Source: Betaproteobacteria bacterium
Lineage (GTDB): Bacteria; Pseudomonadota; Gammaproteobacteria; Burkholderiales; Burkholderiaceae_C
Length of the DNA stretch: 48,711 nt
Assembly (NCBI GenBank): GCA_031411575.1
Contig: JANOBJ010000016.1
Span: forward strand, 1-48,711
Direction: 5' to 3'
Positions 36,478 through 44,562 of the stretch are shown here, piece by piece (positions within the stretch are counted from its first letter, which is position 1; each line of letters begins with the position of its first letter). The position numbers were made by a program, and so were the translations under genes. The notes below the pieces were generated by a model that was given only the letters and a program-made list of their open reading frames with translations, was not told the DNA's origin and did not search any database.

Positions 36478-37758
36478 ATGGATTACGACATTCCCACGAT
36501 ACGCCGCCAACTGGTGCAGCTCAAGGAGTTGCATGAAGCCGGGGTGTTGCCGGCCGCGCAATACGAAGAAGGCAAGGCCGCACTGGAGCGCCGCGTGCTT
36601 GATCTCGTCATGAGCGGTGCTTCTGACATCTCCCCATCATCGCCACCAATGCCGGCGGGCGCCAACGCTGCGACCGGCGCGCCGGGTCAACCCGCAGCGG
36701 CGCCTGTAGCGCCCAAGCCATCCAGCCGTCTCGTGATCACGCTGGGCATTGCGATTTTGGCGGTGGCCGCTGGTGGCTACTGGTGGATGGGTTCACCCAC
36801 CTTGGTGGGGGGTGGCCCAGTGGCTACGGGCTCCCCCGCCGGTGGTGCGAGCGGCGGCGCAGGAGGCGAGGCATCTCATCCCACCAGCACCGAGCAGATC
36901 GCCGCGATGGTCGACAAACTGGCGGCGCGCATGAAAGAGGCGCCGGATGACGCAGAGGGCTGGGCCATGCTGGCCCGCTCGTACACCGTGCTGGGCCGCC
37001 ACCCCGAAGCGCTGACCGCATACGAGAAAGCCGTCAAGCTGCGCAAGGACGATCCTCAACTGCTGGCCGACTACGCTGATTCACTGGCTGTCAAGAACGA
37101 CCGCAAGCTCGCTGGAGAGCCCATGAAGTGGGTGGAAGCCGCGCTCAAGCTCGATCCCAAGAACCTCAAAGCGCTGGCACTCGCAGGTACATACGCGTTT
37201 GAACGGAAAGACTACGCGGGCGCGGTGAAGTACTGGGACCAGGTGGTCGAGGTTGGCCCGCCCGACAGCAACTACGTGCAACAGGTGCAGGCCGGCCTGG
37301 TCGAGGCGCGTCAGCTGGGCGGCCTTCCCCCACCCAAGCCCACCGCCAAGGTGCCGGCTGCAGCAGGAGTGGTACCCGCCGCCGCAGCGCAGGGGCCGTC
37401 CGCACTGGTCGAGAAGGCCGTCAGCGGCACCGTGTCCCTGTCGCCTGCGCTGTCAGCGCAGGTCAGCCCGGGCGACACCGTCTTCATCTTTGCCCGCGCG
37501 GCCGAAGGCGAGCAGCGCATGCCGCTGGCCATTTTGCGCAAGCAGGCCAAGGAGTTGCCCATCACCTTCACATTGGATGACAGCTCGGCCATGTCGCCTG
37601 CCGCCAAGATATCCGATGCCAAATCGGTGATCATCAGCGCGCGCATCAGCAAGACGGGTGAAGCCCTTCCGAAGCCAGGCGACCTGTCGGGTCAATCGGC
37701 TCCGGTCAGTGTCGGTACTTCTGCGTTGAAAATCGAAATCCGGGACCAGGTGAAGTAG
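36478..37758 (+). CDS. ccmI: Cytochrome c-type biogenesis protein CcmI (TPR), atypical N-terminus
   Basis: TPR region 'AEGWAMLARSYTVLGRHPEALTAYEKAVKL...'. Single TM 'LVITLGIAILAVAAGGYWWM'. N-terminal SHOCT-like helix pair 'LVQLKELHEAGVLPAAQYEEGKAALERRVL'. Lies after ccmH. Confidence 0.8.
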   Translation: MDYDIPTIRRQLVQLKELHEAGVLPAAQYEEGKAALERRVLDLVMSGASDISPSSPPMPAGANAATGAPGQPAAAPVAPKPSSRLVITLGIAILAVAAGGYWWMGSPTLVGGGPVATGSPAGGASGGAGGEASHPTSTEQIAAMVDKLAARMKEAPDDAEGWAMLARSYTVLGRHPEALTAYEKAVKLRKDDPQLLADYADSLAVKNDRKLAGEPMKWVEAALKLDPKNLKALALAGTYAFERKDYAGAVKYWDQVVEVGPPDSNYVQQVQAGLVEARQLGGLPPPKPTAKVPAAAGVVPAAAAQGPSALVEKAVSGTVSLSPALSAQVSPGDTVFIFARAAEGEQRMPLAILRKQAKELPITFTLDDSSAMSPAAKISDAKSVIISARISKTGEALPKPGDLSGQSAPVSVGTSALKIEIRDQVK

Positions 37759-37806
37759 CCTACGATGGCCCTGTTCGTGGCCTGCCGTGTCGCGAGGTGA
37801 AGCGCA

Positions 37807-39096
37807 TTGGACTACATCTATCTTTATCTGGCCGTCGTAGGCCTTTTCATCATTCTCTACTTGCGGCGTCGCCAGCGCCGTCATGCGGCGCACCACGCCG
37901 AGTACGTTGAAGCCGCTGAGCAGGGGCTCAACGAGCCACCTTCCCTTCATCCCGTGGTCGATCCGGTGCGCTGCATCGGGTCGGGCGCTTGCGTTAAGGC
38001 TTGCCCTGAGGAAGCGCTGGGGATCGTCGCGGGCAAGGCGGTGCTCAAGAATGCAGCCGCCTGCATCGGTCACGGGGCGTGCTTGGCGGCCTGCCCGGTC
38101 GAGGCGATCAAGCTGGTGTTTGGCACCGAGAAGCGCGGCATCGACATCCCCAACGTAAACCCCAAGTTCGAGTCCAACGTGCCAGGGATTTTTATTGCCG
38201 GTGAACTCGGGGGAATGGGCCTGATTCGCAAGGCGGCTGAGCAGGGGCGTCAGGCGATTGAGTCGATCAAGGCGCGCGGAACCGGCAAGGCCGACTATGA
38301 CGTGGTGATCGTCGGCTGCGGGCCGGCGGGATTTTCGGCGGGGCTTTCGGCGATCGCATCCAAGCTGCGCTACAAGTTGATCGAGCAGGAAGACTCACTC
38401 GGCGGTGCCGTGTACCACTACCCGCGCCAGAAAATAGCGATGACCGCTCCGATCAAGCTCGACCTCATAGGCCAGGTGAAGTTTGGTGAAGTCCAGAAGG
38501 AAACGCTGCTGCAGTTCTGGCTGGACGCGGTCAAGAAAACCGGCCTCCAGATTGCCTTTCGTGAACGCATGGAAGGCATCGAACGCGAGTCCAAAGGCTT
38601 TGTGGTGCAAACCAACCGCGGCAGCTATGCCACCCACAGCGTGCTGCTCACCATGGGGCGGCGCGGCACGCCGCGCAAGCTGGATGTGCCGGGCGAAGAC
38701 ACCCACAAGGTGATGTACCGCCTGATCGACCCGGCCCAATACGAGGGGCAGGCCGTCCTGGTGGTGGGCGGCGGCGACAGCGCGCTGGAGGCCGCCATTG
38801 CCTTGTCTGAGGAGAAGGGCACCGACGTCACGCTGTCCTACCGCAGCGCTGCCTTCTCGCGGGTCAAGCAGAAGAACCGCATGTTGCTGGAGCAGCAACA
38901 GACAGCCGGACGGCTGCGGGTGCTGCTCAACTCGACCGTGAAGCAGATCCATGAGACCGAAGTCGAAATGGAGCACGACGGCGGCGTACACCGCTACCGC
39001 AATGACGCGGTCATCGTGTGCGCGGGTGGCTTGCTGCCCACGCCGCTGCTGCAAAAAGTGGGCATCCAGTTCGAAACCAAGCACGGCACAGCCTGA
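37807..39096 (+). CDS. Membrane-anchored 2x[4Fe-4S] ferredoxin fused to a thioredoxin-reductase-like FAD/NAD(P) oxidoreductase
   Basis: TM 'IYLYLAVVGLFIILYL'. 'CIGSGACVKACP' and 'CIGHGACLAACP'. 'DVVIVGCGPAGFSAG' (FAD) and 'VLVVGGGDSALEAA' (NAD(P)). The usually C-terminal 'NVPGIFIAGE' motif precedes the GxGxxG. TTG start. Confidence 0.8.
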   Translation: MDYIYLYLAVVGLFIILYLRRRQRRHAAHHAEYVEAAEQGLNEPPSLHPVVDPVRCIGSGACVKACPEEALGIVAGKAVLKNAAACIGHGACLAACPVEAIKLVFGTEKRGIDIPNVNPKFESNVPGIFIAGELGGMGLIRKAAEQGRQAIESIKARGTGKADYDVVIVGCGPAGFSAGLSAIASKLRYKLIEQEDSLGGAVYHYPRQKIAMTAPIKLDLIGQVKFGEVQKETLLQFWLDAVKKTGLQIAFRERMEGIERESKGFVVQTNRGSYATHSVLLTMGRRGTPRKLDVPGEDTHKVMYRLIDPAQYEGQAVLVVGGGDSALEAAIALSEEKGTDVTLSYRSAAFSRVKQKNRMLLEQQQTAGRLRVLLNSTVKQIHETEVEMEHDGGVHRYRNDAVIVCAGGLLPTPLLQKVGIQFETKHGTA

Positions 39097-39136
39097 GCGC
39101 CTGTTGCTTTGCGTGTTCCGTCGCCTGGTGGGCGCG

Positions 39137-40492
39137 TCAACGCTGCGGCATGTCCTTGACGCTGTAGCCCAGGCTCACTGTGGCGTCCGGCGGAATCGGC
39201 GGCATGCCCGCGTTCCAGGTCAGCCAGTTCTCGCGCATGGCGGCCAGTCGGGCGGGGTCGCTCGCGGTGTGGTTGGCGCGCTCGCGCTCGTCGGCGCGAA
39301 TGTTGAACAGATACTCGTTCCCATCCACCTGCAGGTACTTCCAGTCGCCGTCACGCAGGGCACGCTGGCCGCGGTGGTTCATGCGCCAGTGCAGGGGGCG
39401 GTCAAAGCGGTGCGCCGCGTCACGCAGCACCGGCATCAGCGACACGCCATCCAGCGGATAGGCCGCACTGGCAGCAGCGCCGGCCGCGTCCAGCACCGTG
39501 GCTGACCAGTCCATCGTCATGCAGTGCTGCTCGCTGACGCCACCTTTCCCGACAACGCGTGGCCAGTGCGCGATCCACGGCACGCGGATGCCGCCTTCTG
39601 TGAGGTCCATCTTGCCGCCTACCAGCGGCCAGTTGTCGCTGAACCGCTCGCCACCGTTGTCGCTGGTAAAGACCACCAGCGTGTTCTCGTCAAGGCCGTT
39701 CCGCCGCAGCGCATCCATGAGCCAACCGATGCCTTCGTCCATGTGGTGAATCATGCGGCGGTAGGTGTGGATACTGCCGCCATCCAGGTGGAACAGATTG
39801 TTCTTGACGGCAGGCGCGATGGCGGCATCGTCGCGCGTCTCCCACGGCCAGTGCGGCGCGGTGTAGTGCAGACTCAGAAAGAATGGCGCGTCCTGCTGCG
39901 CCATGCGATTGACATAGTCCACGGCGCGCCGCGAGAGCAGATCGGTCAGATAGCCGTCTTCGGCACGCTCTTCTTCACCGAACCACAAGTCGTGCGTGCC
40001 GCGCGAATCACAGTGGGTGAAATAGTCAACGCCGCCCGACATCGGACCAAAGAACTCGTCATAGCCTGAGCGCAAGGGGCCGAACGCCGGTGGGTAGCCC
40101 AGGTGCCACTTCCCGATCAACGCCGTCCGGTAGCCGCCCGCTTTCAGCAGGGAGGGCAGCGTCGGGTGTTCAGGCGGCAGGCCGAGCGAGGTGCTGCCGC
40201 GGCTCTTGCTGTTGATCGGCTCCTCGGCGGCGCCGCGCAGGCGGTACTGGTAGCGTGCGGTCATGAGTGCAAAGCGCGTGGGCGAGCATACCGGTGAGTT
40301 GGCATAGCCCTGCGAGAACCGGATGCCATTCGCCGCCAGACCATCCAGCACGGGAGACACCGGCACGCGCCCGCCGTAGCAACCGAGGTCGGCAAACCCC
40401 AGGTCATCAGCCACGATGAAGACGATGTTGGGGCGATGAGGGTTGCGCTCAGGTGCCATGAAGTCGCTGACTTTCCCGATCAGTTGCAGCAC
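39137..40492 (-). CDS. Arylsulfatase-family protein (no obvious signal peptide)
   Basis: 'NIVFIVADDLGFADLG' and formylglycine motif 'CSPTRFALMTAR'. The start may instead be the internal ATG at 40459. Confidence 0.88.
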   Translation of the reverse strand: MLQLIGKVSDFMAPERNPHRPNIVFIVADDLGFADLGCYGGRVPVSPVLDGLAANGIRFSQGYANSPVCSPTRFALMTARYQYRLRGAAEEPINSKSRGSTSLGLPPEHPTLPSLLKAGGYRTALIGKWHLGYPPAFGPLRSGYDEFFGPMSGGVDYFTHCDSRGTHDLWFGEEERAEDGYLTDLLSRRAVDYVNRMAQQDAPFFLSLHYTAPHWPWETRDDAAIAPAVKNNLFHLDGGSIHTYRRMIHHMDEGIGWLMDALRRNGLDENTLVVFTSDNGGERFSDNWPLVGGKMDLTEGGIRVPWIAHWPRVVGKGGVSEQHCMTMDWSATVLDAAGAAASAAYPLDGVSLMPVLRDAAHRFDRPLHWRMNHRGQRALRDGDWKYLQVDGNEYLFNIRADERERANHTASDPARLAAMRENWLTWNAGMPPIPPDATVSLGYSVKDMPQR

Positions 40493-40498
40493 TGCACG

Positions 40499-41461
40499 TC
40501 AGTCCGCCCGGAACCCCGACGCCTTGACGATGGGGCTCCAGCGTTGGGTTTCGGCGTCTTGCAGCTTCTGCAGATCGGCCGCGCTGCCGCCGCCGGGTTC
40601 TAGCGAGAGCTTGGCGAAGCGGTCCTGCACGTCGGGCTGGGCCAGTGCCTTGTTGACGGCCGCGTTGACCGTGGCAATCACGGCTGCGGGCGTCTTGGCC
40701 GGGGCGTACAGCCCGAACCAGCTTTGCGCCTGGATGTTGGGCAGACCCTGCTCGCGGAAGGTCGGCACATCGGGCAGCAGCTTGCTGCGCTGCGCGCCCG
40801 AGGTCGCCAAAATGCGCAGCTTGCCCGCGCGGTGCAGCTCCAGCTGCTCGCTCAGCACATCGATCCCGGCCGAGACCTGGTTGCCTGCCAGCGCAGCAAT
40901 CAGGGGCGCGCCACCCTGGTAGGGCACGGGCACGATATCCACACCCGCCTCGCGTCCGATCATCAGCCCGAAAAAATGCGGCAGGCTGCCCGCGCCGGGG
41001 AAGCCGTAGTTCGCCTTGGCCGGGTTGGCCTTGAACCACGCCATCAGTTCGGGCAGGGTCTTGTAGGGCGCGTCAGCGGGCACCGCCAGACCGAAGTGAA
41101 AACTGGCCGCATGGACCACCGGCGTGAAATCGGTGGCCGGGTTGTAGCTGAGCTTGCTGAACACCAGCGGCGCCATCACCGGCACCACGATCGGCGCCAT
41201 CATCATCGTGTCGCCATCGGGCGCGGCATTTTTCAGCAGCTCGGCGGCCAGCCGGCCCCCCGCGCCGGGCTTGTTGTCCACAATCACCGGTCGCTTGAGG
41301 TCATCCTTCATCTTGTCGGCCAGGGCGCGGGCCACGGTGTCCAGCGAACCGCCGGGCGGAAACCCCACGAGGATGCGAAGGGGCTTGTCAGACTGCGCGC
41401 TCACGCCCGAACTGGCGAGTGCGCCCGCCAACGTGGCGGCTACGAATTGACGGCGTTGCAT
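40499..41461 (-). CDS. Bug/TctC-family tripartite tricarboxylate transporter substrate-binding protein
   Basis: Tat-like signal 'MQRRQFVAATLAGALASSGVSAQ' and 'VDNKPGAGGRLAAE'. The rest of ORF 40499..42073 is antisense to lhr and is discarded. Confidence 0.88.
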   Translation of the reverse strand: MQRRQFVAATLAGALASSGVSAQSDKPLRILVGFPPGGSLDTVARALADKMKDDLKRPVIVDNKPGAGGRLAAELLKNAAPDGDTMMMAPIVVPVMAPLVFSKLSYNPATDFTPVVHAASFHFGLAVPADAPYKTLPELMAWFKANPAKANYGFPGAGSLPHFFGLMIGREAGVDIVPVPYQGGAPLIAALAGNQVSAGIDVLSEQLELHRAGKLRILATSGAQRSKLLPDVPTFREQGLPNIQAQSWFGLYAPAKTPAAVIATVNAAVNKALAQPDVQDRFAKLSLEPGGGSAADLQKLQDAETQRWSPIVKASGFRAD

Positions 41462-41506
41462 GGTGTCTCTCCAGATCGTTGTGGCGCCACTGTAACCACT
41501 GCACAA

Positions 41507-41523
41507 TTGATTGATCAAATCAA
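41507..41523. promoter_or_regulatory. Inverted repeat TTGATT-GATCA-AATCAA in the divergent Bug/lhr intergenic region
   Basis: Perfect 6-bp arms, read directly from the sequence. The spacing does not fit the FNR/CRP consensus. Confidence 0.3.
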
Positions 41524-41602
41524 ACATCACGCGTGTAAACCCTTGCCCTCCGCTGACATCTCGCGCCGTGCGCAGCCTGCCGTAGCCGCCCCGCGGCTGC
41601 CT

Positions 41603-44059
41603 GTGCCCGAAACGGCGTCTGTCGAGGCCTGGTTTGCCACGCGCGGCTGGCAGCCGTTCGCCTTCCAGCGCGAGGTCTGGCAGGCCATCGCCCAAGCCCG
41701 CAGCGGCCTGCTGCACGCCACCACCGGCTCGGGCAAAACCTACGCGGTGTGGCTGGGCATGCTGGCCGCGTTGCTGCGTCAGCGGCCCCCGGCCAAGGCG
41801 GCCGAGCCGCTGCGCGTGGTCTGGCTCACACCGATGCGCGCGCTGGCGGCCGACACGGCGCGCGCCCTGACTGGCCCGCTGGCCGATCTGGCGCCCGGCT
41901 GGACGCTGGGCCTGCGCACCGGCGACACGCCCAGCGCCGAGCGCGCGCGCCAGGACCGGCGCTTTCCCACGGTGCTGATCACCACACCCGAGTCGCTGAG
42001 CCTGTTGCTGGCACGTGAATCGGCGCACGAGGAACTGGCAGGCGTGCAGTACCTGGTGGCCGATGAGTGGCATGAGCTGCTGGGCAGCAAGCGCGGAGTG
42101 CAGGTGCAGCTGGCGCTGGCCCGGCTGCGGCGGTTCAACCCTTCGCTGTGCGTCTGGGGTTTGAGCGCCACGCTAGGAAATTCAGAGCAAGCTATGACCA
42201 TTCTGTGCGGACAAGCGGCCGATTTTGCTCCAAAACAGGTGCCACGGCTGGTGCAGGGCCGGATCGACAAGGCGCTCGTCATCGACACGCTGATCCCGCC
42301 CGATCCGGGCAAGTATTCGTGGGCCGGCCACCTGGGCGCGCGCATGCAGCAGCCGGTGGTGGACGAGATCGAGAGCGCGTCCACCACGCTGGTGTTCACC
42401 AACACCCGCAGCCAGGCCGAGATCTGGTACCAGTTGCTGCTGCAGCTCAAGCCCGAGTGGGCCGGCGTGGTCGCGCTGCACCACGGCAGCCTCGACAAGG
42501 AGGTTCGCGAGTGGGTCGAGGCGGGCCTGAAGGAAGGGCGCCTCAAGGCCGTGGTCGCCACCTCGTCGCTCGACCTGGGCGTGGATTTTCTGCCGGTCGA
42601 GCGGGTGCTGCAGATCGGCTCGGCCAAGGGCGTGGCGCGGCTGCTGCAGCGGGCCGGGCGCAGCGGGCACGCGCCCGGGCGCGCCAGCCGCATCACGCTG
42701 GTGCCCACCAACACGCTGGAACTGATCGAGGCGGCGGCGGCGCGGCGCGCGGCGCAGGCCGGACGCATCGAAAAGCGCGACGGCCCCGACAAGCCGCTCG
42801 ATGTGCTGGTGCAGCACCTGGTGACGGTGGCGCTGGGCGGTGGTTTCGAGCCCGATGCACTATTTGCCGAGGTGCGCAGCGCCTGGTGCTATCGCGCGCT
42901 CACGCGTGCCGAATTCGACTGGGCGCTGGCGTTTTGCGAGCGCGGCGGCGAGAGCCTGACCGCCTACCCCGACTACCACCGCATCCAGCGCGACGAGGCC
43001 GGCATCTACCGCGTGCCGGACCGCGCCATCGCGCGCCGGCACCGGCTGTCGATCGGCACCATCGTGAGCGACGCGTCGATGCAGGTGAAGTACCTGAGCG
43101 GCGGCAAGATCGGCTCGATGGAGGAGAGCTTCATCGCGCGGCTGCGCAAGGGCGACTGCTTTGTCTTTGCCGGCCGCCTGCTCGAATTCATCCGGGTACA
43201 GGACATGGTGGCCTATGTGAAGAAGGCCGAGAAAAAGCGCGGCACCGTGCCCACCTGGCAGGGCGGCAAGATGCCCCTGTCCACCGAGATGGCTGAGGCC
43301 GTGCTCGAGCTGATGCAGCAGGCCAGCCAGGGCGACTTTTTCGAGCCTGAGCTGCGGGCTGCGCGGCCGATGCTCGAAACCCAGGCCCGCCTGTCGAAAA
43401 TCCCCACGCCCGCCACGCTGCTGGTGGAGCAATTCACCTCGCGCGAGGGGCACCACCTGTACGTCTATCCGTTCGCCGGGCGCCAGGTGCACCTGGGGCT
43501 GGCCAGTCTGCTGGCATGGCGGCTGGCGCGCGACCACCCCAACACCTACAGCCTCTCGGTCAACGACTACGGCTTTGAGCTGCTGGGCGCGCAACCGATC
43601 GACGCGGCGCCGCTGCTCGACCAGTCGGTGCTCACGCCCGACGGCCTGCTGGACGATGTGCTGGCTTCGCTCAACTCATCAGAACTGGCCCAGCGGCGGT
43701 TCCGCGAGATTGCGCGGGTGGCCGGCCTGGTGTTCACCGGTTACCCGGGCTCGCCCAAGAGCATGAAGCAGGTGCAGGCGTCCAGCGGGCTGTTTTTCGA
43801 GGTGTTCCGCAAGTACGACCGCCACAACCTGCTGCTGAACCAGGCCGAGCGCGAGGTGCTGAGCCAGGAGCTGGAGATGGCGCGGCTCACCGCCACCTTG
43901 AAGCGCATGGCCGGCCAGCGGGTCGAGTTCGTCGTGCTGCGGCATCCCAGCCCGCTGTCGGTGCCGCTGATGGTGGAGCGGCTGCGCGAAAAACTCACCA
44001 CCGAGCAGTTGTCGACCCGGCTGGACCGTATCCTTCGGGCCATGGAGAACAATAACTGA
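41603..44059 (+). CDS. lhr: Ligase-associated DNA damage response DEXH-box helicase (Lhr-like)
   Basis: 'WQPFAFQREVW', Walker A 'HATTGSGKT', 'VADEWHEL', 'ATSSLDLGVDF', 'QRAGRSGH'. GTG start at 41603 chosen ('MPETASVEAWF'); a TTG at 41552 is possible. Confidence 0.85.
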   Translation: MPETASVEAWFATRGWQPFAFQREVWQAIAQARSGLLHATTGSGKTYAVWLGMLAALLRQRPPAKAAEPLRVVWLTPMRALAADTARALTGPLADLAPGWTLGLRTGDTPSAERARQDRRFPTVLITTPESLSLLLARESAHEELAGVQYLVADEWHELLGSKRGVQVQLALARLRRFNPSLCVWGLSATLGNSEQAMTILCGQAADFAPKQVPRLVQGRIDKALVIDTLIPPDPGKYSWAGHLGARMQQPVVDEIESASTTLVFTNTRSQAEIWYQLLLQLKPEWAGVVALHHGSLDKEVREWVEAGLKEGRLKAVVATSSLDLGVDFLPVERVLQIGSAKGVARLLQRAGRSGHAPGRASRITLVPTNTLELIEAAAARRAAQAGRIEKRDGPDKPLDVLVQHLVTVALGGGFEPDALFAEVRSAWCYRALTRAEFDWALAFCERGGESLTAYPDYHRIQRDEAGIYRVPDRAIARRHRLSIGTIVSDASMQVKYLSGGKIGSMEESFIARLRKGDCFVFAGRLLEFIRVQDMVAYVKKAEKKRGTVPTWQGGKMPLSTEMAEAVLELMQQASQGDFFEPELRAARPMLETQARLSKIPTPATLLVEQFTSREGHHLYVYPFAGRQVHLGLASLLAWRLARDHPNTYSLSVNDYGFELLGAQPIDAAPLLDQSVLTPDGLLDDVLASLNSSELAQRRFREIARVAGLVFTGYPGSPKSMKQVQASSGLFFEVFRKYDRHNLLLNQAEREVLSQELEMARLTATLKRMAGQRVEFVVLRHPSPLSVPLMVERLREKLTTEQLSTRLDRILRAMENNN

Positions 44060-44562
44060 TGCGAAAGCTGCTCGTCATTGCTATAATATTAATAGCAAAC
44101 AATGTCCACGCGACAGGCACGTGGAGCGGAATCGTCACAAAAATATCAGATGGCGACACGCTTTGGGTCAAGCCGGCGCCCGACCAGCGCCCCCGCAAGG
44201 TGCGGCTGCAGGGCATCGACGCCCCCGAGATCTGTCAGGCCTGGGGCGCAGAGGCGCGTGACGCGCTGGCGCAGCGCGTGCTGCGCCGCCGAGTCACCAT
44301 CGACACGCGCCGCAACGACGACTACGGCCGCGCACTCGCTCGCATCGAGCTGGATGGTGAAGATGTGGCCGGCTGGATGGTGCAACAAGGTCACGCCTGG
44401 TCGTACCGCTACCGCCGCGATGATGGCCCGTATCTGGCGCAACAGACCGCGGCGCGTGCGGCGCGGCGCGGCCTGTTTGCCGACAGCCAGGCTGAGCGTC
44501 CGCGCGATTTTCGCCAGCGCCACGGCCCGTGCACGCTGCCGGTTGCCGGAGCCAGCCGATGA
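44059..44562 (+). CDS. Secreted thermonuclease (SNase)-family nuclease
   Basis: 'SDGDTLWV', 'VRLQGIDAPE', 'DDYGRALARIELDGEDV'. The signal peptide 'MRKLLVIAIILIANNVHA' is encoded by repeat A7. 1-nt overlap with the lhr stop. Confidence 0.82.
   Translation: MRKLLVIAIILIANNVHATGTWSGIVTKISDGDTLWVKPAPDQRPRKVRLQGIDAPEICQAWGAEARDALAQRVLRRRVTIDTRRNDDYGRALARIELDGEDVAGWMVQQGHAWSYRYRRDDGPYLAQQTAARAARRGLFADSQAERPRDFRQRHGPCTLPVAGASR
44078..44121 (+). repeat. Family-A repeat copy A7, encoding the nuclease signal peptide
   Basis: TTGCTATAATATTAATAGCAAACAATGTCCACGCGACAGGCAC. The tail is shorter and more diverged. Confidence 0.75.

Noticed and set aside
21752-39096. Calling the lower-GC cytochrome/ccm block a bona fide mobile genomic island.
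   Set aside because: No integrase, transposase, tRNA attachment site or flanking direct repeats are visible. Only the compositional shift and gene content support horizontal origin, so it is reported as a hypothesis and not as a mobile_element feature.
41507-41523. FNR/CRP-type box in the Bug-lhr intergenic region (TTGATTGATCAAATCAA).
   Set aside because: The TTGAT and ATCAA half-sites are separated by 3 or 7 nt rather than the 4 nt of the consensus. It is kept only as an unassigned palindrome.
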